Virus genome (UHGV): UHGV-0235716 | Direction: 5' to 3' (one strand) | Origin: a virus | DNA length: 37,986 nt | Part shown: piece by piece, positions 1-9,343 of the stretch | Position numbering within the stretch: the first letter of the stretch is position 1 | How the letters are laid out: each line of letters starts with the position of its first letter | Program-made: the position numbers and the translations under genes | Notes under the pieces: model-generated | Seen by the model: the letters and a program-made list of their open reading frames with translations, nothing else | Databases searched by the model: none | What the model was told of the DNA's origin: nothing

Positions 1-1515
1 ACTACTTAACACTTTTATATATTTAGTATTGATTTTATTATCTAAATTTTTTACAACGTAGCTAATCGGTTTTTCGAAATGGAATTTTGTAATATCAACA
101 TTTGTATTGGATACATCCTCAAGATTGACATTAATAATTGCTTCTTCTTTGGATGCAACTACTTTCAAATGTGTATTATCGACAGGAATTAACGCTAAAG
201 CATCACTTAATTTTTCAACCATAGTCCATTCAATCGGCATACTAAGCATACCATTGAACGGATTTAAAATTGTCCAATCATTCGGACATATCAACACTTC
301 TGTTTTTTTCGTTAATCCATGCGGTTCTGTCGTCGTTCCGATTCCGGTTGCGAAATCGAAATCTGCAAAATGGAATTCCGGATTTCCTCTATGTGTATAG
401 TCTGCAATTAATATCTCTCCAACACTAGCACCACCCATAAGTGCGACATTGCCATCTGTTCCCACTCCAAGTAATTTTCCAGCGTTCTCCGTCCCCTGTT
501 GCTTGTCTAGTTTAGACTGCATCTGCGTTGGGAAATCTTCCGGAATGGAATTAATAACCTCTTGTCCTTTTACCTGTACCGCCTGTACTTGTTTCTCTCC
601 CTCTGCTGTAACATTGCCAGTCTGCTTTGTTCCCTCCGTTTGCACCGCTTTAACCGCATCGGACTTGGTAGCATTTACAGCTTCTACTGCTTTTGTTTTA
701 GCTGTATTTATAGACTGCTTCGCCTGTTGTGCTGTATTTCCAAAGCCTTGCGCTGTCTGCTCGACCTCTGTCTTATCCTGTCTAACCTGTGTCGCTAGAC
801 GTTCCACTTCCGACTTATCTCCTGCGACTTCAAGAACGTGTTGCTCTGCCATATCCTCTGCGGTCTCTGCATTAGCTTGTGCTTGTATAGCGGATTCTTT
901 CGCCTGTTCTGATTTTTGTTCGGATAGCAGTGCATTTGTAGCTGCGGTCTGTGCCTGTTCTTTATAATCCTTAACAATTTGCACCTGTTCGGAGATGCCG
1001 GATACAGAGTCAACCATTTCTGCAATCGCTGTTCTATCTTCTCCAGTTTTAATCGCATCGGCTTTCGTTTGCTCTGCGTGTTGTGCTGCTTTCTGTTCTG
1101 CTGATTCTGCACGTTCGGCGGATTCTCTTACTGCTGTAATTGCTTCGCGGAAGATTTCTCCGTCTTCCGGCTTGTCAAAGGCTTCAGGTTTTGGTCGCGC
1201 CTTAACCGGCATACAGATTTTGTATTCCGTCTGTCCGCTTGTATCGTCCGTCAAATAGATAAAAGCAAAAATATCATAATCTCCTAATGATTCCTCATTT
1301 TCCAACAAGCTGTCAGGAATCACTACATCTGTGACACCGTCTTTCGTCATTCCAATTCTTGTTACAGATTGTCCACCGGATTCTTGTAGAGAGAAATGTA
1401 TTTCTACGGCTTTTGGAAGATTTAAACCTTGTATACGCAATACTTGCCCGTAGTCCCACTGCCATAGGCCGGTCACTCTTTTATAGTTTTCATCTTTAAA
1501 ATCTACAATTAACAT
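1..1515 (-). CDS. Tail fibre / receptor-binding protein, N-terminal part (continues at 37986-37585)
   Basis: Not in the ORF track. ATG at 1515 follows GGAGG. Reads MLIVDFKDENYKRVTGLWQWDYGQVLRIQG..., then an Ala-rich coiled coil, then GKLLGVGTDGNV. Frame open in all segments I translated down to base 1 (...KYIKVLSS). Confidence 0.85.
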   Translation of the reverse strand, partial: MLIVDFKDENYKRVTGLWQWDYGQVLRIQGLNLPKAVEIHFSLQESGGQSVTRIGMTKDGVTDVVIPDSLLENEESLGDYDIFAFIYLTDDTSGQTEYKICMPVKARPKPEAFDKPEDGEIFREAITAVRESAERAESAEQKAAQHAEQTKADAIKTGEDRTAIAEMVDSVSGISEQVQIVKDYKEQAQTAATNALLSEQKSEQAKESAIQAQANAETAEDMAEQHVLEVAGDKSEVERLATQVRQDKTEVEQTAQGFGNTAQQAKQSINTAKTKAVEAVNATKSDAVKAVQTEGTKQTGNVTAEGEKQVQAVQVKGQEVINSIPEDFPTQMQSKLDKQQGTENAGKLLGVGTDGNVALMGGASVGEILIADYTHRGNPEFHFADFDFATGIGTTTEPHGLTKKTEVLICPNDWTILNPFNGMLSMPIEWTMVEKLSDALALIPVDNTHLKVVASKEEAIINVNLEDVSNTNVDITKFHFEKPISYVVKNLDNKINTKYIKVLSS

Positions 1516-1517
1516 CC

Positions 1518-1637
1518 TTATCCCTCCTGATCTGCGAGGATTTCTCTTACCTGTTCTCGGATGCTTTCCGGCACGTTTTCGATGCTCTTCTTTTCTTTTT
1601 GTATCAGATCTGCGTATACTCTTGCAATGTAGCTCAT
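1518..1637 (-). CDS. 39-aa CD1375/XkdX-like tail-associated protein
   Basis: MSYIARVYADLIQKEKKSIENVPESIREQVREILADQEG; ATGA overlap with the upstream gene. Confidence 0.75.
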   Translation of the reverse strand: MSYIARVYADLIQKEKKSIENVPESIREQVREILADQEG

Positions 1638-2026
1638 GCTTGCACCCCCATTTCGTATAGTTCGCAGATGGCGCCCTGCAGGTCTGTAATCTGCGTATTT
1701 GCATTTTCTAAGGCTTCTTTTAATGCTGCGTTTTCCGTTTCTACTTCTGCTAGACGTTCTGCTGTTGTTTCTCCGACTTTCTCTATTGCAACTCCGTAGA
1801 TTCCACCTGTGTACTCTTCGATTCTTAATAATTTTGTGTAGTTCTCATGCTCTGTAATGATCTGTTCTCGCTCGATGATTGTGATTTTCTTGCAAGCAAA
1901 CTCGTCTTGGAATTTCTGTCTAAGTGTTTCCGGCGTCGTGTTGATCGCTTTAATCTGCAGCAATCCTCCGATAATCTCGGCAGATTGTATTTGCATTTCT
2001 GTTGCATCGTTAAATTTCGAAATCAT
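1634..2026 (-). CDS. Tail-fibre-associated protein with C-terminal coiled coil (XkdW-like position)
   Basis: AAGGAG RBS before ATG 2026; C-terminus QITDLQGAICELYE; precedes the CD1375-like gene. Confidence 0.65.
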   Translation of the reverse strand: MISKFNDATEMQIQSAEIIGGLLQIKAINTTPETLRQKFQDEFACKKITIIEREQIITEHENYTKLLRIEEYTGGIYGVAIEKVGETTAERLAEVETENAALKEALENANTQITDLQGAICELYEMGVQA

Positions 2027-2039
2027 ACCGTTCTCCTTT

Positions 2040-2906
2040 CTACTTCCATCGTCCAATTGCGTACCAGTCAAAATTATGTGTATCTGGTTTGCTGTTATCT
2101 GTATATCGTGAGTACGCATACCCTTGACTAGTTGAGTGTTTGGATGCAACCATTATTTCCACCACTTTTCCCGACATATATCTTCCTTGCACAAACAGCA
2201 TGTAATTATCTGTACTTCCGGAAAAAGGTATTGGATAAGTTATTCTGCTAAAACCATCCGTATACGAGTAGTTTGCTACTCCCCATTGCACTAGCTTTCC
2301 GCTTGCATACTTTTCGTAGTAGTTGCACCTGCTCGTTGATGCGATTTGGACTTTGCCGCTTTCGATCACATAATCTTTTATATCAGACAAACTTTTATTT
2401 ATCATAGACACGTCAGGCTTCAAGTCAAACATAGGCTCCACTGCAACAATGCTCAGTCCCTCAATCTTAACACGGTAAAGTGGCATCTCCCTGATTTTCC
2501 CATTATTATAGATGTCATCCTGTGTTAGTTCCGGATCCACCGCTGTAGTCCCTGCAACACCTTTTTTTACAGTGCAGCGCATCTCGTCAATTCCACCTGT
2601 TCCGGTTGTTTCAAACACCGCTACAATAATGTCATTTCTTTTCTTTCCTGACTCTCCATTTGCAATTTCGCAGTCCTCGTATTTTCCATACGGTATTCTC
2701 GCAAAGTGTCCCCCTACAATCAGAACACCATCTGCAATTCTCACTTTGTTGTTGCTGAGTGTAGTTGCCTTACACTGCTGCCCAATTGTAAACACCCCAT
2801 CCCCCCCCGCAATAGACTGGAAGATAGCAGCATCGTCTTCCGCGTAAATATGCGCTGCCTCTTCCGGCGGTGTATTTAACGTAAGTCCTTTTAAACCTCC
2901 GCTCAT
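2040..2906 (-). CDS. Baseplate/receptor-binding tail protein with gp53-like C-terminal domain
   Basis: Follows the Dit and hub genes; C-terminus YEKYASGKLVQWG...FDWYAIGRWK is typical of siphophage fibre tips. Confidence 0.7.
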   Translation of the reverse strand: MSGGLKGLTLNTPPEEAAHIYAEDDAAIFQSIAGGDGVFTIGQQCKATTLSNNKVRIADGVLIVGGHFARIPYGKYEDCEIANGESGKKRNDIIVAVFETTGTGGIDEMRCTVKKGVAGTTAVDPELTQDDIYNNGKIREMPLYRVKIEGLSIVAVEPMFDLKPDVSMINKSLSDIKDYVIESGKVQIASTSRCNYYEKYASGKLVQWGVANYSYTDGFSRITYPIPFSGSTDNYMLFVQGRYMSGKVVEIMVASKHSTSQGYAYSRYTDNSKPDTHNFDWYAIGRWK

Positions 2907-2907
2907 T

Positions 2908-3903
2908 CTAATCATCTCCTTTTACTCTATATTCGATTTTCACAGTGTTTCCTTGTATATTCAGTATCTTTCCGATAATCGGCTTTTGTACGTATGTTTC
3001 TGTCACAGTGTCGTAACCAGCGACAATGTCCCCAATTTCGTAATCTCCATCATCTACCGTCAGATTGCATTTTTTATAATTCTGCAGTTCTTTCAGCCGC
3101 TTTGTTCCGTCTGTCTCCAACTGTTTCATATCTGCACTCGAAAAATCATAAACCGCTGCACGCTCCGCCAAGCCTTTATAAAACTGCGTCTTGCCAATGC
3201 TACCATCTTCTTGCGCGTAAAGATGTAATACCACACGTTCTTCGTTTTGTCCTTCGCCGGCACAAACCAAATGATTTATTCCACCCCTGTAATCTTCTAT
3301 TGTAAGAGATATCTGTTCGGATTCCTGCGAATACTCTAGTTCTTCTGAAAAGTCCGTAATCGGAACAGCTTGAAGGCTTACATATCCGTAATCAAGTCCA
3401 TCAGGCTCTATATAAGATATCTGTAAACGATGCTTATAAGCTGTCAGTAGCTTTGTAATTGCATCATATAACGTCACATACCTATCCACTTGCCAATCCT
3501 TAACCCCTACATCAGTAGAGATTTCCGGAACGAAAAAAAGACCATTGAACCGGTCCTTTATCAATTCTCTCAATATACTATTTAATTCTCCATTCAGCAC
3601 AAGATGATCCTGTCCAGTCGGTGGCTCTACAATTTTTTTCGTAAGCAGACCTCTCCATGTCAATCCACCAAAGGTCAGCTCATATCCATCAGACTGTATA
3701 TCGTCAATGATCCCGCCGTACTCTGTATCAGGTATAAAAATACGATTTTCATACCAATACTTTCTCTTTGTCCATTCGGAAACTGGCAACTGGAATTGGA
3801 AGTCATTCGTATCACCTAAATCAACATCAATCTCAGAAGCCTCTCTCATGTAGTCAATTTCTTCTCCAAAGGGAGTAGCTGCAATAAATTTTAATTCTGC
3901 CAC
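2908..3903 (-). CDS. Minor tail / baseplate hub protein (Tal-like position)
   Basis: 331 aa; follows the Dit gene in the canonical TMP-Dit-Tal order. Confidence 0.7.
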   Translation of the reverse strand: MAELKFIAATPFGEEIDYMREASEIDVDLGDTNDFQFQLPVSEWTKRKYWYENRIFIPDTEYGGIIDDIQSDGYELTFGGLTWRGLLTKKIVEPPTGQDHLVLNGELNSILRELIKDRFNGLFFVPEISTDVGVKDWQVDRYVTLYDAITKLLTAYKHRLQISYIEPDGLDYGYVSLQAVPITDFSEELEYSQESEQISLTIEDYRGGINHLVCAGEGQNEERVVLHLYAQEDGSIGKTQFYKGLAERAAVYDFSSADMKQLETDGTKRLKELQNYKKCNLTVDDGDYEIGDIVAGYDTVTETYVQKPIIGKILNIQGNTVKIEYRVKGDD

Positions 3904-4706
3904 TTTGGTTCGCTCCTCTCTTCGTAGATCAGCAAGTCAAAATCAAACGTTCCTGACCATACAATTTCCTGTCTTCCTGGAGGGACTTTCTTAAAAATAC
4001 TCTTCTTTTTTGCACGGTTATGAAAAACACTTTCACGCTCTCCATTTACAGCTACTTTCTCTACTGTTTCTTTCATGCTGTTGATTTCGAGATATTCTCC
4101 TTCTTCCAGTACGATATTTACGAGATACGGATATCCGCCGATGCCGATCTGTGGATTAACAACCGGTCCATATATTCTCAGTTTAAAGTTTGCTTCTGTA
4201 AAATGCGGATTGATAATATATGTGTTGTTCATTCCGTTTGCGTACCTGTATGGATATTTATAAGGATATCGCTTGTTATCCGTAGATGTAATGTCAGTTA
4301 TCTTGAAATTAAATTCTGTTTCTTTTATCCAAAATGGATTATCTGTGATAAGACCATACTCGCACTGTATAATCTGATCAGTCTCCCAGTTATCTTTTTC
4401 GGAAGATTTTATATAGCAGGTCATATACTGTTCATTAATATACAGCTTTCCAGGAGCACCGGATAAAATATCTTTTTCAAATACCTCCGTCAAGGTATTC
4501 ATATTTTCTCGCGCTCCAGCTGATTTACTGCGATGCACATCAATATTTAATGCTTTTTCCCTTACCGTGTATCCAAATCCGACAATTCTATTAGATGTTG
4601 TAGACACTTCCCACTCATAATCAAGGATGTCAGATACAAGCATTTTATACGGCATTTTATTCAAGTTTACTTCTTGCCCTATGCTATTTACATATTTAAT
4701 TACCAT
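3891..4706 (-). CDS. Distal tail protein (Dit)
   Basis: Directly after TMP; motifs NPFW, YPYKYPYRY, IYGPVVNP, PPGRQEI. Confidence 0.75.
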   Translation of the reverse strand: MVIKYVNSIGQEVNLNKMPYKMLVSDILDYEWEVSTTSNRIVGFGYTVREKALNIDVHRSKSAGARENMNTLTEVFEKDILSGAPGKLYINEQYMTCYIKSSEKDNWETDQIIQCEYGLITDNPFWIKETEFNFKITDITSTDNKRYPYKYPYRYANGMNNTYIINPHFTEANFKLRIYGPVVNPQIGIGGYPYLVNIVLEEGEYLEINSMKETVEKVAVNGERESVFHNRAKKKSIFKKVPPGRQEIVWSGTFDFDLLIYEERSEPKWQN

Positions 4707-6880
4707 GCTGGTTGATAACCTCCATCCTTTAATGCTCTGTTAACTTGTCTACCATTTAAAATAACAGGTCGTTCGTTTGACTCATTATTAGCCTCTAGCT
4801 GAGCTTTCTTTATCTTTTTGTAGTCTATCTGCGTATCCGTGTAGTTGTTTGTCACTGCTTTCGTTGCAACTTTCGCGGTCATTGGCATCGTAGACGTTAC
4901 TCCTATAGCTGCAGTCTGTATCTTGCCAATTGCTTTTTTCATGCCTGCAGTCATTTGCTTTATAGGTATATTTTTTTCAAACCCAACACCAACACCTTGA
5001 GCCATATATTTTCCAACTTCATCTCGCATAACTCTTGACGGAGAATGAATTCCAAAGAAGTCTTTAATTCCACCAAGCACAGATTCTCCGAAACCTTGGA
5101 TTTTATCAATTACCCATCCTGTCATATCAGAAATACCATTCCACAAGCCTTTTACAATATCTTTACCTATAGAAAGCATTCCCCCTGGTATTGATTTGAT
5201 TGTATTAACAATCGCTGAAACAATATTTCCTGCTGCATTCTTCACCCAGCTAATTCCTGCCGAGATTGCATTTCCAAGACCTGAAACAGCAGTTCTTCCG
5301 ATATTTGCAAGTGTAGACGGCAAATTCATCAGTGTATTTTTTAGACCGCTTAAAATTTCAAATCCTTTTTTGACGACAAAATCTTTCATTGCACCAATTC
5401 CATCGCCTAAAAATTTAATAATGCCACGTCCAAGATTAAGCCACTGAAATGCCATCAACGTGTCCACAATGGCGCTTATAATCTTCGGGATATTCGCAAT
5501 CAGCGTCGGAATCGATTGAATTAATCCAAGTACCAATTGACCTAAAAGTTGAGCGCCTTTCATCAATATAGTCGGGAAATTATCGTTGATGATATTTGCG
5601 AATGTAGAAATAATCTCCGGAACGCGCGAAATTAAAATTGGTACCGCTGTTATGATCCCTTCAACCAGTTTTTGTAGTAGTTCAAATCCTTTTTGAATTA
5701 ATATCGGCGCAGCTTCTGCTAACTTATCTCCTATTCCCTGGACAAAATCAAGAATCTTTGGCAATGCTTCAGGAATTGCTTTCACAAATCCATCAACCAA
5801 ATTACTAAGTAATTCATAACCTTTTTGAATTAATGTGGGAACGTTTGTTATAACAGTATCCGCAATAAGCTTTACAAAATTCAAATCAACTAGAATGTTA
5901 GTCGGAACAGAAGCAAGCATCCCGTCTATTAAAGACATGACAGCGTTTTTTCCTGCTTCCACTATCTTCTGCATACTATCTCCGGACAATGAATTAACCA
6001 GGTTTTCTTGGATTAACTTTCCCACTTCCGGCAACGTCTGCAAGAGCCGCGGAACAATTTCGCCCAACCCCTTCAGCACATTTTTCCCAGCTGTCACCAT
6101 AGATTCTGCAAGAGCCTCTGGCGATCCAGTTCCATTTAGAAAATTATCAAAAGCTCCTTTCGCAGATGCGATAGAACCGGATATTGTCTCTGAGGCTTCT
6201 TTTGCTGTTGTCCCGGTAATCCCCATTTCTGTTTGGACGATGTGAATCGCTTCTGTAATATCTGCAAAATTAGCTTCTAAATGTCCCTTTGAATCCATTG
6301 AAAATTTTGCAGTGCTTGCAAATTCTTCGTTCAAGTTTGCTGCATCTTGTAAAAGTCTATACATTTCAGATGCAGTTCCACCATAGCCAAGTTTTAGATT
6401 ATCCAACATGGTGTAATTCTGCTTTGCAAATCCTTGATAGGCGTTCTGGATCATCTCCATGCTTGTGCCCATCTTGTTGGCATTATCGGACATATCTATG
6501 ATTGCTCTGTCTGCATAATCCGCCGCTTTTTCGGTATCTTTTCCCAACGACTGCAATAGCGAAGCCGAAAAACTTGTTACCGTTTCCATGTAAGCATTAG
6601 CAGATAGTCCAGCTGTCTTATATGCATTCTTCGCACTATCTATTACTTTTTGCGCACTGTCTTTAAATAGGGTTTCAACTCCACCGATATTCTGCTCTAA
6701 GCTCGCAAACGAATCCAGTGCAGATTTTGTCATTACTCCAAATCCTGCAGCAATTCCCGCAACAGATCCAGCTAATACCTTTAAACCACCTTGTGCGATA
6801 TTTCCTAAATTCTTTATTCCTTTGTTAAAACCTTTTTCACTAATTTCTGTATCAAATTTCAATGAGCCATCATAGCCCAT
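4700..6880 (-). CDS. Tape measure protein
   Basis: 726 aa; AYQGFAKQNYTMLDNLKLGYGGT motif, amphipathic repeats, FGIHSPSRVM. ATG 6880 follows AAAGGGAG. Confidence 0.93.
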   Translation of the reverse strand: MGYDGSLKFDTEISEKGFNKGIKNLGNIAQGGLKVLAGSVAGIAAGFGVMTKSALDSFASLEQNIGGVETLFKDSAQKVIDSAKNAYKTAGLSANAYMETVTSFSASLLQSLGKDTEKAADYADRAIIDMSDNANKMGTSMEMIQNAYQGFAKQNYTMLDNLKLGYGGTASEMYRLLQDAANLNEEFASTAKFSMDSKGHLEANFADITEAIHIVQTEMGITGTTAKEASETISGSIASAKGAFDNFLNGTGSPEALAESMVTAGKNVLKGLGEIVPRLLQTLPEVGKLIQENLVNSLSGDSMQKIVEAGKNAVMSLIDGMLASVPTNILVDLNFVKLIADTVITNVPTLIQKGYELLSNLVDGFVKAIPEALPKILDFVQGIGDKLAEAAPILIQKGFELLQKLVEGIITAVPILISRVPEIISTFANIINDNFPTILMKGAQLLGQLVLGLIQSIPTLIANIPKIISAIVDTLMAFQWLNLGRGIIKFLGDGIGAMKDFVVKKGFEILSGLKNTLMNLPSTLANIGRTAVSGLGNAISAGISWVKNAAGNIVSAIVNTIKSIPGGMLSIGKDIVKGLWNGISDMTGWVIDKIQGFGESVLGGIKDFFGIHSPSRVMRDEVGKYMAQGVGVGFEKNIPIKQMTAGMKKAIGKIQTAAIGVTSTMPMTAKVATKAVTNNYTDTQIDYKKIKKAQLEANNESNERPVILNGRQVNRALKDGGYQPAW

Positions 6881-6936
6881 ACTATTCACTCCCTTTCTGC
6901 GAATAGCACAGGCTCAATGGCTCAATTTAAAGTGCT
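6863..6936 (-). promoter_or_regulatory. TMP translational control element (ATTGAGCC x2 plus start-codon-sequestering hairpin)
   Basis: Tandem 8-mer at 6911-6926. mRNA 6924-6899 pairs with 6889-6863 (26 bp, 1 bulge, 6 G-U), covering the AUG. Confidence 0.75.
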
Positions 6937-7086
6937 TTATTTCTTTATCTCAATCTCTCTTTTACATACCCTGCATTTAATATAAATACCTTCACATCTC
7001 GCGGTATTGTCTGCGATCGCGAGTTTACATCCACAATATGGGCACTTCACCCAATCTCTCCTTAAAATTGGAGTTTTTATTCTCAA
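6937..7086 (-). CDS. 49-aa Com-like zinc-ribbon protein
   Basis: Not in the ORF track. TTG start after GGGGTGA. MRIKTPILRRDWVKCPYCGCKLAIADNTARCEGIYIKCRVCKREIEIKK has CxxC...CxxC. Confidence 0.85.
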   Translation of the reverse strand: MRIKTPILRRDWVKCPYCGCKLAIADNTARCEGIYIKCRVCKREIEIKK

Positions 7087-7097
7087 AATATCACCCC

Positions 7098-7655
7098 TTA
7101 CGCAAACGCATTTCCAATATCATAATCTGTTAAAATCTCTTCCGGAAGGCGAATTGCATTTTGAATCTTCCTTATTCTCTTTTTCTCGTCTTTATCCTTT
7201 ATTTCCTCCAAATTTATCCCTCTGTACATAATGCGCTGTTTAATCTCAGTATCCTCGGATAACCCCTCAAACAGCATCCTAAATTTCCACCAGTGCAGAT
7301 ATTCTATTTCGCTTAAATCAATCCCGTAATCGCGTAAAAATCCCGCCATAATGTATGGATAGTCTGCACGGAATGAGAAAAGCGGTTTAGCATTTCCTTT
7401 ACTATTTCCGCCTTCGTTCACTTCACACATAGCCACGAAATTGCTCAATTTTAATATCGCTTCTTCAAAATCACCAACTTCCAACAAGAAGTATTCTGAC
7501 AAAAGGAATGCTTTTTCTTCGTCACTTACCTCTTCGTCCTTGATCATGTCGAGCAGCTTTATATACTCTCTAAAATCAGTAACAATCGGGATTGGTTCTC
7601 CACATATCTCTAGTGTCTTCGGATATTCTTCATAGAATAAATTCACAGAGATCAC
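7098..7655 (-). CDS. Gp15-family tail assembly chaperone (A118 gp15-like)
   Basis: Motifs TDFREYI, YIMAGFLRDYGIDL, LHWWKFRMLFEGL; lies upstream of TMP. Confidence 0.85.
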   Translation of the reverse strand: MISVNLFYEEYPKTLEICGEPIPIVTDFREYIKLLDMIKDEEVSDEEKAFLLSEYFLLEVGDFEEAILKLSNFVAMCEVNEGGNSKGNAKPLFSFRADYPYIMAGFLRDYGIDLSEIEYLHWWKFRMLFEGLSEDTEIKQRIMYRGINLEEIKDKDEKKRIRKIQNAIRLPEEILTDYDIGNAFA

Positions 7656-8005
7656 TTCCTTGTAGTATTAACATTGTACTTAGACAACTTTTGCGCACGT
7701 TTCTTTCCAACTTGAACTACTTGTGCTTTGCAGAAAGAAAGAAAAGAATCGTAGCACTCGTCACAGAGTCTGGAATTAACCTTTCCTTCAAATAATTTGT
7801 CGGCTGTTCCTGATCCAAAGATATTATCAAATAAATTCCAAAAGAGGTTACAATACGCTTTCGTTATTTCTGAGACTTTACCGTCTTTTTTAATCTTCTT
7901 CTCTTCCTCTTCCATTATGTTAAATGCATTTTCATATCTTTCTTGGAACTCTACATCTTCCATATCGATTTCGAGTTCCACGTTATTATATTTCCACTGG
8001 CTCAT
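7652..8005 (-). CDS. Tail assembly chaperone
   Basis: Between major tail protein and Gp15; motif FDNIFGSGTADKLF; strong GGAGG RBS. Confidence 0.75.
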   Translation of the reverse strand: MSQWKYNNVELEIDMEDVEFQERYENAFNIMEEEEKKIKKDGKVSEITKAYCNLFWNLFDNIFGSGTADKLFEGKVNSRLCDECYDSFLSFCKAQVVQVGKKRAQKLSKYNVNTTRK

Positions 8006-8011
8006 TGGCTC
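7999..8011 (-). promoter_or_regulatory. Second GAGCC-N3-GAGCC element, overlapping the chaperone start codon
   Basis: mRNA reads TAAGGAGGA-GAGCC-AAT-GAGCC-AG; the ATG is 8005-8003. Confidence 0.7.
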
Positions 8012-8017
8012 TCCTCC

Positions 8018-8548
8018 TTATTCTGCTGCGTTGTAATCGCCTTTTGTATATGTTGCTTCTTTTCTACCCTCTCCAGCAAACGTAACATAACCTTCCTCAA
8101 GTTCAGACACCGACTTAAATGAACCGCTATAAATAAGGGCATCCGTTCCATCGCTATCAGAATCCGGAATTACCGCATATGTACGTTTGATTGCGTAAAA
8201 TTTGTCACCCGTCGTACTCTTTTTAAAAAGATCTACGACAATAATATCCACATGTGTGTCACTTCCTAGTTTTTCCCCATCGTGGATCGATGCAATTCTC
8301 TCGTGCACCGGGTTATTTGAATACCTGTCAAATGAATAATCAATAGACGGAGCATAGCCAACTACGTCCGCTCTTTCAGAATCTTCATCTACATACTGCC
8401 TTGAATACTCTTTCGGATTCTTTGCATTCGTCATAGACGTAAACCCTGTCATTCTCTCGAATTTAGCAGTTCCTCCAGTTGTATCCGTATTCATGAAAGC
8501 AACTCTCTGCGAACGATTTACCAATTTTTGTTCTTTGGTTACTGCCAT
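8018..8548 (-). CDS. Major tail tube protein
   Basis: Position, plus motif NPKEYSRQYVDE...VVGYAPSIDY. Confidence 0.8.
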   Translation of the reverse strand: MAVTKEQKLVNRSQRVAFMNTDTTGGTAKFERMTGFTSMTNAKNPKEYSRQYVDEDSERADVVGYAPSIDYSFDRYSNNPVHERIASIHDGEKLGSDTHVDIIVVDLFKKSTTGDKFYAIKRTYAVIPDSDSDGTDALIYSGSFKSVSELEEGYVTFAGEGRKEATYTKGDYNAAE

Positions 8549-8550
8549 TT

Positions 8551-8970
8551 TCATACCTCCTGTATATAAATCAAGCGGCACTCTATACGATATCTCGCAT
8601 TGTCTCCGTCTACATCGTATAAATAACCGCTGTTTAAAGTTTCTATTTTAACCGGACTTTTCCCTTTTTCTAGTAAGGGCAGCTCTCCGGCGAAGCTTTT
8701 CTCTTCCAGCCATTCGTCAAATTCTTGATAAAATCCACTATTATCAATATTGATGCGAGTGTCCTGATCGTATCGCTCTCGACTGGTAAAAGCAAATTGA
8801 AACTGTTTCTTCGCACCGCCATCAACGTATTTTTGAATAATCGGGTCGCACGGGAGAGGATCAATGGAATACTCCATATTCTCTCCCAGATAATCTACGT
8901 TAACTCGGTAATCTTGAAGAAACGGACACTCCAGAATAAAGCTCCTAATGTTCTCAATGATTTTTGACAT
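8551..8970 (-). CDS. Tail terminator / tail completion protein
   Basis: Immediately upstream of the major tail gene; 139 aa ending ARYRIECRLIY. Confidence 0.7.
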   Translation of the reverse strand: MSKIIENIRSFILECPFLQDYRVNVDYLGENMEYSIDPLPCDPIIQKYVDGGAKKQFQFAFTSRERYDQDTRINIDNSGFYQEFDEWLEEKSFAGELPLLEKGKSPVKIETLNSGYLYDVDGDNARYRIECRLIYIQEV

Positions 8971-9343
8971 ACTGTGCGGCTCCCTTCAAAACGGAATCTT
9001 TGTGACGGTTTTTCATACGTTCGAACCAATATGACTTTTCTTTATGCTCATAATATTGTCTACGGGCATATGGTGCAATCTGATTGATTTCTCCGCTGCC
9101 TATAACCGTTCCAAGCGTAGCTGACTTAATCAATACACCCGTGCGCCGTGGAGTCTCCGGATTCATTCTACGAATGCATTCGGAATCAACAAACTCCTGC
9201 GCATTGGAAAATCCTTTCTCTTTGCTCGGTGCAAATTCGGGATTCCACTCCAACTTTGAACTAACCTTTCCGCCTTTACTGGCTTGTGCATACACTGTTC
9301 CCCTAGGTGTTACAATCTCGAATTTCTTCTTTCCCTTTGCCAT
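8954..9343 (-). CDS. Neck / minor capsid protein (HK97 gp10-like)
   Basis: Motifs PRRTGVLIKS, PYARRQYY, WFERMK. Confidence 0.75.
   Translation of the reverse strand: MAKGKKKFEIVTPRGTVYAQASKGGKVSSKLEWNPEFAPSKEKGFSNAQEFVDSECIRRMNPETPRRTGVLIKSATLGTVIGSGEINQIAPYARRQYYEHKEKSYWFERMKNRHKDSVLKGAAQYVKNH

Noticed and set aside
107..1258. Plus-strand ORFs 107-400, 449-967, 995-1258 and similar antisense ORFs elsewhere
   Set aside because: They are shadows of minus-strand genes, lacking RBSs and recognisable motifs.
1..2906. Diversity-generating retroelement or invertase shufflon acting on the tail fibres
   Set aside because: No reverse transcriptase or invertase gene, and I saw no template/variable repeat pair or inverted tip cassettes.
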